Below are positions 8,861 through 14,445 of a DNA stretch of 14,445 bases, piece by piece. Position 1 is the first letter of the stretch. Each line of letters starts with the position of its first letter. The DNA lies in assembly GCA_042216335.1 (NCBI GenBank), contig JBDGTY010000006.1, positions 60,955 through 75,399 of the forward strand. The letters are read 5' to 3'. The DNA is from Candidatus Nanohalobium sp. Lineage in GTDB: Archaea > Nanohalarchaeota > Nanosalinia > Nanosalinales > Nanosalinaceae. Both the position numbers and the translations under genes were made by a program. The notes beneath the pieces were generated by a model. The model was not told where the DNA came from and did no database searches. It was given only the letters and a program-made list of their open reading frames with translations.

Positions 8861-8898
8861 CCAGTTGAATCAGGCATCTAGTTCCTAGAAATATGAAA

Positions 8899-8914
8899 TA
8901 GAGAAAAAAGAAAG
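8899..8914 (-). terminator. Putative oligo-T terminator after the major pilin gene
   Basis: Minus-strand CTTTCTTTTTTCTCT starting about 18 nt after the pilin stop codon. Confidence 0.55.
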
Positions 8915-8931
8915 GGGATTAAAGACCCGAA

Positions 8932-9480
8932 TCAACAGGTCTCGCTTCTTGTGGAGAGTGGGTCACACTGCTTACTCCAGGACTTGGAGCCTCCCTGAAC
9001 CCTCACATCAAGACCAACGTACTTCGTGGCTGAAGGCCACTGAGCGTTGGTGTCACATGTGAGAGATTCTCCAGGATCAAGGATCACATTCGTTCCGTCA
9101 ATCTCGTGTCCTGGCTGGAAACAGGTAGCCGTAGCCGATTCGCTGAAGTTGATATTTTGGACTTCCTGTCCCTGGCTGTATCCTATAGCAGCACTTGGAC
9201 TTGCCTGGTTAGGATAGAAGTATAGATCCAGAATCTGCGTAGTGTTGATGGTGACTGAACCCTGATTGTTCGTAATAGTCAGGTTCATCTCACTGTCATT
9301 GTTCTTGGATACAGAAGTTATAGTAAGCTCTGTCTTCTTAGCTGTATCCGCGAACGTTGTATCTCCTGAACCTGCGATATTCTGGAACTGTGTGTAGACC
9401 ACTCCGACCGCCCCTACTGTTACAAGCAGGAGCAAGACGATAGCAATTACGGGTGTAATACCCTTGCGTTGTTCTAACAT
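8932..9480 (-). CDS. Archaeal type IV pilin (archaellin/pilin N-terminal domain), probable major pilin
   Basis: MLEQRKG|ITPVIAIVLLLLVTVGAVGVVY is a canonical PibD-type leader. Also ILDPGE motif, 4 Cys, 4 N-x-S/T sequons (NDS, NLT, NTT, NFS), and its own TATA box, SD and terminator. Confidence 0.88.
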   Translation of the reverse strand: MLEQRKGITPVIAIVLLLLVTVGAVGVVYTQFQNIAGSGDTTFADTAKKTELTITSVSKNNDSEMNLTITNNQGSVTINTTQILDLYFYPNQASPSAAIGYSQGQEVQNINFSESATATCFQPGHEIDGTNVILDPGESLTCDTNAQWPSATKYVGLDVRVQGGSKSWSKQCDPLSTRSETC

Positions 9481-9488
9481 GGTACGTT

Positions 9489-9526
9489 ACCTCTTACTCA
9501 CGTTTAATCTGCGCCGGTTTATATAA
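9489..9526 (-). promoter_or_regulatory. Putative TATA box and Shine-Dalgarno of the major pilin gene
   Basis: Minus-strand TTATATAAA at 9526..9518 and GAGGT at 9493..9489, 8 nt before the ATG. Confidence 0.65.
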
Positions 9527-9548
9527 TTAAACGGGACTGAATCCGGAA

Positions 9549-10040
9549 TCAGGACTCGCATCCACCGCCCTCACTGAAACAGATGTAACTGACACCGGTA
9601 TTGTACTGACCTTTTAACGACACCTGAACACGGTTACCTGTCGAAGGGAACTGGACCGTAGTGTTGATCCTGATAACCTCGTTCGGATCGATTATAACGT
9701 TCTCCTTCCCTGTGTAGGAACCAGAGACGTACTCCCACTCCCTTGGCACACCGTCAACGTACATGTTCCAGTTCTTCCTTCCCCCTTCCTCGACCGCCAG
9801 GCTGATCGAACCGGTGTTGCGGATGTCCATCAGCAGATAACCGTTAGAACCATTTACCCCATAATCAACCGATATAGTGGCAGACTCCTCCTTGCTCTCA
9901 CCAAGTATCCAGTCCTCCACACTGTTCTGAAGACCCTGCATAGTATCACCCAGGAAAACAGCAGCAGAGGAAACCGAAGCGATCGCTATCCCCATCAACA
10001 GAACTGTTGCAACAACCGGAGAAATACCTTTACTACTCAT
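9549..10040 (-). CDS. Archaeal type IV pilin-like protein (PibD-type leader; ArlF/ArlG-like beta-sandwich motifs)
   Basis: MSSKG|ISPVVATVLLMGIAIASVSSA leader; IRNTGS, MYVDG and IIDPNE motifs; C-terminal CFSEGGGCES. Overlaps the upstream gene by 8 nt. Confidence 0.82.
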   Translation of the reverse strand: MSSKGISPVVATVLLMGIAIASVSSAAVFLGDTMQGLQNSVEDWILGESKEESATISVDYGVNGSNGYLLMDIRNTGSISLAVEEGGRKNWNMYVDGVPREWEYVSGSYTGKENVIIDPNEVIRINTTVQFPSTGNRVQVSLKGQYNTGVSYICFSEGGGCES

Positions 10041-10821
10041 TTTTCGTCTTGTTGAACCTTTCTCTCAAAGCTTTCATCCTGTCAGAATTATCCGAACCAA
10101 GATCAAGGTCAGCATCCTGAGACTGCTCCCGACCCATCGAACGCCCCGAACCGGAATCCAGCGAACGGGAGCTATTCAAACCCTCCTGCTGACCCCCCTG
10201 ACTCATCTGACCAGACTGGCCCTGCTGGGGCTGCTGGGAACTCCGACCCTGACCCTGAGATTGCTGGCCCTGCCCTCCAGACTGCCCTCCCGAAGAACCG
10301 GAACGGGAAACCAGCCCCTGCTTGTTCTGGGAGGCATAACTACGCCTCAAACTCTCGTTGATATCGTTCAAGTGCTCAACGACCTCCTGATTCGACTGCT
10401 TCATATCCTCGGCAACCTCATCCATCTTCGTCCCGATCGCCTCGGCAATACGTTGCTCCATATCACCCACGATCTCGCCCTCCATATCCATCTCGGAGGC
10501 CTCGGTCAGGAGATCCATGAAGGTGTTCATATTGTCGACAACTTCATCCATCTTGTGGGTTAGGTCCTCAACACTGTTCTTCAATTCATGGGTCGACTCA
10601 GTCATATCGTTGACGATCTTCTGGTTCGACTTCATGATATCCAGAACATCACGCACTAGTTCATCATCAGCACCGCCACCGGAGCCGCCGCTCTTCTCAT
10701 GCTGCTCCTGCAACTCATCAACCCTTCTCTCCAGCTTTCTCAAAGGACCGACCGGCACAACCTCGTAATCATCACCGGCACCCTGCTTACCACCAAGCTC
10801 AACCTCATCATTATCAGACAT
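10033..10821 (-). CDS. Hypothetical cytoplasmic coiled-coil protein with Q/G/S-rich low-complexity tail
   Basis: 262 aa, acidic, heptad-rich (LRKLERRVDELQE; THELKNSVEDLTHKMDEVVDNM), no TM helix or signal peptide. SD-like GAGGT upstream; translationally coupled to the pilin-like gene. Confidence 0.85.
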   Translation of the reverse strand: MSDNDEVELGGKQGAGDDYEVVPVGPLRKLERRVDELQEQHEKSGGSGGGADDELVRDVLDIMKSNQKIVNDMTESTHELKNSVEDLTHKMDEVVDNMNTFMDLLTEASEMDMEGEIVGDMEQRIAEAIGTKMDEVAEDMKQSNQEVVEHLNDINESLRRSYASQNKQGLVSRSGSSGGQSGGQGQQSQGQGRSSQQPQQGQSGQMSQGGQQEGLNSSRSLDSGSGRSMGREQSQDADLDLGSDNSDRMKALRERFNKTKNE

Positions 10822-10833
10822 AATTATTTTAAG

Positions 10834-10874
10834 ACCTCGTTATACCCAAAAATTCCCTTTCCCGGTATAAATAA
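10834..10874 (-). promoter_or_regulatory. Putative TATA box and SD for the coiled-coil gene, overlapped by an inverted repeat
   Basis: Minus-strand TTATTTATA at 10874..10866, GAGGT at 10838..10834, and TTATACC-N17-GGTATAA at 10840..10870. Confidence 0.55.
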
Positions 10875-10910
10875 GGCATGGTCTCCTTAACTTGTCTAGG
10901 TAAGGATAAT

Positions 10911-11547
10911 TTATTTCTGCCCGATTATTTCTTCAACTAATTTTGATGGATTTCGATAAGCTTTACTAAGAAGGCCTGGTTCAGAAACTCAAGCCGATTT
11001 TCTCTCAGTATTTCTTCTAGCCTCCTTACTGTTTTTGTACTACCTTTCTCGGAATAGGGATGATTGATAAGATGAAAGATTCCATCTCGATAGTTTACCT
11101 GAACAGGTTTAGGTTTTGAAAGATGTAAGAGACCTGTTGAGGATGAGGGACTAAATATCTGAGTAGGGCGGCTCTTCTTTTAGTACAGAGATAGCTTGTT
11201 TTGTATCTTCAGGACCCTCATTTTCAACTAGATGAGATAGGATGCTCAATAGGATAAACTAGATTAAATCCATAAGATGCCATGTCTCCATCCCCATTCT
11301 TCATACAAGAGCGATAAGCTGTTCAGATCATCCTCTGTGTCTCTATTATCGAAATCCTTAAATCCAAGACCAAAAGAAAGTCCTTGTTGGAAAGTTTTCA
11401 CTTCTAGTTCAACCTAGAAGGGTTGGCATAAAGATCATCGAAACTATCATATCTAGCTCTAGCTTCAGCATAGATATTAACCTTCTCTGGCTCGTAGAGG
11501 CCTCCACCTATCTCTCTAACTGCATCTCTATCAACTTCAAATCTCAC
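10911..11547 (-). pseudogene. Putative decayed, AT-rich gene remnant of unknown family
   Basis: Consecutive protein-like segments in shifting minus-strand frames: VRFEVDRDAVREIGG...DDLYANPS / VELEVKTFQQGLSFG...LYEEWGW / LVENEGPEDTKQAISVLKEEPPYSD / PVQVNYRDGIFHL...VRRLEEILRENRLEF / EPGLLSKAYRNPSKLVEEIIGQK*. About 38% GC by hand count over 10861..11580. Confidence 0.4.
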
Positions 11548-11554
11548 GGGCTCA

Positions 11555-11595
11555 GAATAAGGAAAATAAATTGAAAAGAATATTGGAGAAAGAGG
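11555..11595 (-). terminator. Putative T-rich terminator of the thermosome gene
   Basis: Minus-strand CTCTTTCTCCAATATTCTTTTCAATTTATTTTCCTT beginning a few nt after the stop codon. Confidence 0.5.
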
Positions 11596-11600
11596 CAACG

Positions 11601-13256
11601 CTACATCATGCCGCCCATGCCGCCGGGCATTCCTCCGCCGGGACCTCCAGGTGGTCCTCCGCCGGCTTCGTCGTCTCCGCCGGTTGTGGAGATGACGTCG
11701 TCGATCCTGAGGATCATCTCGGCAGCTTCTGAAGCTGAGGACACTGCCTGGATCTTGGTCTGCTGTGGCTCGACGACTCCTTCGTCAAACAGTTTCTGGG
11801 ATTCGCCTGATGTGACGTTGATTCCGCTCCAGGTCTCTCCATCGTCGTGCTTGTTTCTGAGGTCAACCAGTGTGTCGATAGGATCGAAGCCTGCGTTCTC
11901 GGCTAGGGTTCTCGGGATGATTTCCAGTGCGTCTGCGAATGCGTTGATGGCTAGCTGTTCTCTGCCTCCGACTGAGTCAGCGTAGTCGCGGAGTTCCTGT
12001 GCCAGTTCTACTTCTGTTGCGCCGCCTCCGCCGACTACTCGGCCGTTTCTGAGCGCGGAGGATACGCCGCCAATTGCATCTTCCATCGCTCTCTCGATCT
12101 CGTCGACTACGTGTTCTGTTCCTCCCCTAATCAGGATGGAAACTGATTTGGCTTCCGGGCAGTCCTGTACGAAGGTCATGGAGTCGCCGCCGACCTTTCT
12201 CTGCTCTACTGTTCCAGCAGTTCCCAGGTCTTCGGCTTCTATCTCGTTGATGCTTGTAACGATGTTCGCGTTAGTTGCCTTTGCCAATTTGTCCATGTCC
12301 TTGCTGCTTACTCTGCGTACTGCGTAGATGCCTTTCTTGGCGAGGTAGTGCTGTGCCATGTCGTCGATACCTTTCTGGCAGAGGACTACGCTGGCTCCTG
12401 CTTCGTCGATGGCTTCCACCATCTCCTTAAGCTGTTCCTCTTCCTGTTCAACAAAGTTCTGCATCTGTGAAGGGTCAGAGATGTTGATTTCGGCGTCTGT
12501 CTCGGTTTCCCTTACTTCTACAGCAGAATCAAGGAGTGCGATGTTTGCATCGTCGACTCTGTCAGGCATCCCGCCGTGAACCTTCTCCTTGTCGAGAATG
12601 ACGCCGTTGACAAGCTCTGTATCCTCTACGGATGCTCCCTCGTTCTTCTCCAGTTTGACCATGTCGCTGTCGATTACGAACTCATCTTCTCTTTCCTCCG
12701 CGACACCTTTAACTGCGTCAACTGCGATCTCTGCTAGGTAGTCTCTGGCTGTTTCAGCGGATTTTCCTGTCATCGCGGTCATGGCGACCTTCTGAAGTGT
12801 CTTGTCGTCGGAGAGGTCGACTTCCTCCGCGATGTCGTCCAGTACTTCGTTGGACTTCTCTCTCGCGAGCCTGTAACCTTTTGTGATGACTGTCGGGTGG
12901 ATCTCCTGGTCGAGAAGTTCTTCTGCCTGTTTGAGGAGTTCTCCTGCGATGACCACTGCGGTCGTGGTTCCGTCGCCGACCTCTTCTTCCTGTGTCTCTG
13001 CGACTTCGACCATCATCTTGGCTGCAGGATGGTCGAGATCCATCTCGTCCAGTATCGTTACGCCGTCGTTGGTAACTACAAGGTCTCCTACCCCGTTGAC
13101 CATCATCTTGTCCATCCCTTTCGGGCCAAGAGTGGTCCTCACGGCTTTTGACACGCTTTTACACGCTGCTATATTATTTTCCTGTGCGTCTTCTCCAGTT
13201 GTTCTTTCCGCATCTTCAGACATTATGAAGACCGGCTGTCCACCTAGTCCTGCCAT
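11601..13256 (-). CDS. thsA: Thermosome subunit (group II chaperonin)
   Basis: [64 protein letters not shown], and a C-terminal GGM-rich tail. AGGTGA SD at 13272..13267. Subunit identity (alpha or beta) cannot be resolved from the sequence. Confidence 0.97.
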   Translation of the reverse strand: MAGLGGQPVFIMSEDAERTTGEDAQENNIAACKSVSKAVRTTLGPKGMDKMMVNGVGDLVVTNDGVTILDEMDLDHPAAKMMVEVAETQEEEVGDGTTTAVVIAGELLKQAEELLDQEIHPTVITKGYRLAREKSNEVLDDIAEEVDLSDDKTLQKVAMTAMTGKSAETARDYLAEIAVDAVKGVAEEREDEFVIDSDMVKLEKNEGASVEDTELVNGVILDKEKVHGGMPDRVDDANIALLDSAVEVRETETDAEINISDPSQMQNFVEQEEEQLKEMVEAIDEAGASVVLCQKGIDDMAQHYLAKKGIYAVRRVSSKDMDKLAKATNANIVTSINEIEAEDLGTAGTVEQRKVGGDSMTFVQDCPEAKSVSILIRGGTEHVVDEIERAMEDAIGGVSSALRNGRVVGGGGATEVELAQELRDYADSVGGREQLAINAFADALEIIPRTLAENAGFDPIDTLVDLRNKHDDGETWSGINVTSGESQKLFDEGVVEPQQTKIQAVSSASEAAEMILRIDDVISTTGGDDEAGGGPPGGPGGGMPGGMGGMM

Positions 13257-13320
13257 AGAATTTGTTTCACCTGTTTTATAGAGGTGTGTAAAAAATTAAA
13301 AACCCTCTTGGTGCCGAGAA

Positions 13321-14445
13321 TCAGTCAACACGCTTCTCCAACTGCTCCTGAAGAATACTCGAGATAGTGGCTCCGTCAGCCTCAACACGCTGCTGCAAGA
13401 CACCCATCAAAGGTCCCTGGGCGCGCATACCCTGCTCCTCGACCATATCCGACTTCTCATCAACGACCTCTTCCACAACCCGGCGTATATCTTCTTCCGA
13501 GGCCTTACCGGCAACGACCTCCTCGATAGCATCCTCCGGACTGTTTTCCTTCATCTCCTGGACCACGTCGGCTATGTCTCCCTTCTTTATCCTGTCGGAT
13601 TCGAGGGCTGAGAAGATAGCGTCGTAGTCCTCATCCCGGAGATGATCTGTCTCCATGTTCCGGTCTTCCAGATCCGCCCAGAGGTTCGTGAAGAAGTTCG
13701 CGACCAGTCGAGAATCATAATCATCCCTTAACTCCTCGAAAAGGTTCAGTCTTGGAGAAGAAACGATCTGGGTCGCCAGTTCCTCTCCGATATCCTCCGA
13801 GTACTTCTCCCTTCTCTCGTCGAGAGTCTCCGGCAAGTTTTCATCTATCTCCTCAACGTCTTCTTCTGTAACCCTGATCGCCGGTATATCGGTTTCAGGG
13901 TACATCCTTGCGCTTCCCGGCAGTGGCCGGGCATAACTTGTCGTAAAGTCCTGCTCCGCGGTCCGGGTCTCCTCAGGGATCTCTCCAGTATAGATTTTCC
14001 TGGCTCTCTCCCTTACTGCCTGTGCCGCGGCCTTTGCCTGGCTTTCCTCGGCGGCGATAACCGCGATGACATCCTCATCTTCCTTGTCTAAGTCTTCGGC
14101 GACTTCTCCGAACTCCTCGACCAGGCCGTAGTTTTCCAGGTCCTCGTCCGTATGCAGTATTCCCTGCACTCCGCGTGTCTTCGCGTAATCTACAAGTTCC
14201 TTCGCAACGTATCTTTCACCGGAGATCTTCTGCTTCATCTTGCCCGTCATCTCCGGCAGCTTCAGCGCGTAGACCGCGCCATCGTTATCGAGCACGGTCG
14301 ATACTATCTGATTATCTGTTTCCTCGAAGTGGTGTGTTACGTTGTCGCCGACTATCTCCTCGGCGGTTTCATCATCGAACTCTTCGCCCAGCTCGACAAG
14401 GTTTTTCTGCCGTTCGACCTCTTTCCGGATAAGTTCGTCGATATT
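13321..14445 (-). CDS. gatE: Glu-tRNA(Gln) amidotransferase subunit E (5' end outside the window)
   Basis: IPEETR, YARPLPGSARMYPETDIP, the GAD-like insertion (GVQGILHTDE) and a C-terminal Yqey-like domain (GPLMG). The frame stays open from 14295 to the window end (NIDELIRKEVERQKNLVEL...), so the ORF-track start is internal. Confidence 0.95.
   Translation of the reverse strand, partial: NIDELIRKEVERQKNLVELGEEFDDETAEEIVGDNVTHHFEETDNQIVSTVLDNDGAVYALKLPEMTGKMKQKISGERYVAKELVDYAKTRGVQGILHTDEDLENYGLVEEFGEVAEDLDKEDEDVIAVIAAEESQAKAAAQAVRERARKIYTGEIPEETRTAEQDFTTSYARPLPGSARMYPETDIPAIRVTEEDVEEIDENLPETLDERREKYSEDIGEELATQIVSSPRLNLFEELRDDYDSRLVANFFTNLWADLEDRNMETDHLRDEDYDAIFSALESDRIKKGDIADVVQEMKENSPEDAIEEVVAGKASEEDIRRVVEEVVDEKSDMVEEQGMRAQGPLMGVLQQRVEADGATISSILQEQLEKRVD

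Noticed and set aside
4141-10821. Archaellum (arl/fla) operon
   Set aside because: There is no ArlH (KaiC-like ATPase), there are two single-domain TadC genes rather than one fused ArlJ, and no archaellin-type leader (GIGTLIVFIAMVLVAA).
8877-11420. Similarity between TCTAGTTCCTAGAA (8877) and TCTAGTTCAACCTAGAA (11403)
   Set aside because: Short, with different spacer lengths and unrelated contexts; not distinguishable from chance.
11404-11598. 64-aa ORF as a standalone gene
   Set aside because: Its TTG start lies 3 nt after the thermosome stop and it runs through the T-rich terminator. Only the part from ~11547 looks protein-like, so it is treated as part of the putative pseudogene.
10822-11600. 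CRISPR array, tRNA, IS/MITE or replication origin in the long intergenic gap
   Set aside because: No regularly spaced repeats, cloverleaf, terminal inverted repeats with target duplication, transposase motifs or ORB-like repeats were seen, and there is no adjacent cdc6/orc1.
11601-11665. GC-rich repeats at the thermosome 3' end
   Set aside because: They encode the ordinary GGM/GGP chaperonin tail.
14293-14295. ORF-track start of gatE at 14295
   Set aside because: The frame is open for 50 more codons to the window edge with GatE-like sequence (EVERQKNL), so the real start is outside the window.
10261-14432. Plus-strand ORFs opposite the coiled-coil, thermosome and gatE genes
   Set aside because: Antisense shadows with Ser/Pro-rich composition and no family signal.

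Overview
Archaeal chromosomal window with a strongly acidic proteome, tightly overlapping genes, a group II chaperonin and GatE. These point to a halophile, most likely a nanohaloarchaeon (DPANN); the taxon is inferred, not proven. Housekeeping genes flank the window: RFC large subunit (+, 1..1188), thermosome and the 3' part of gatE (-, 11601..14445). Between them is a ~9.6 kb minus-strand type IV pilus-like locus (1185..10821). It holds one PilB/ArlI-family ATPase, two TadB/TadC (T2SSF) platform proteins and seven class III signal-peptide (pilin-like) proteins of two cleavage-site types, one being a 594-aa modular candidate tip adhesin. The locus is headed by an uncharacterised cytoplasmic coiled-coil protein with a Q/G/S-rich tail. 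No prepilin peptidase or ArlH is encoded in the window. A ~38% GC, CTAG-rich stretch (~10880..11550) looks like a frameshifted foreign gene remnant. No RNA genes, CRISPR arrays or IS elements were recognised.
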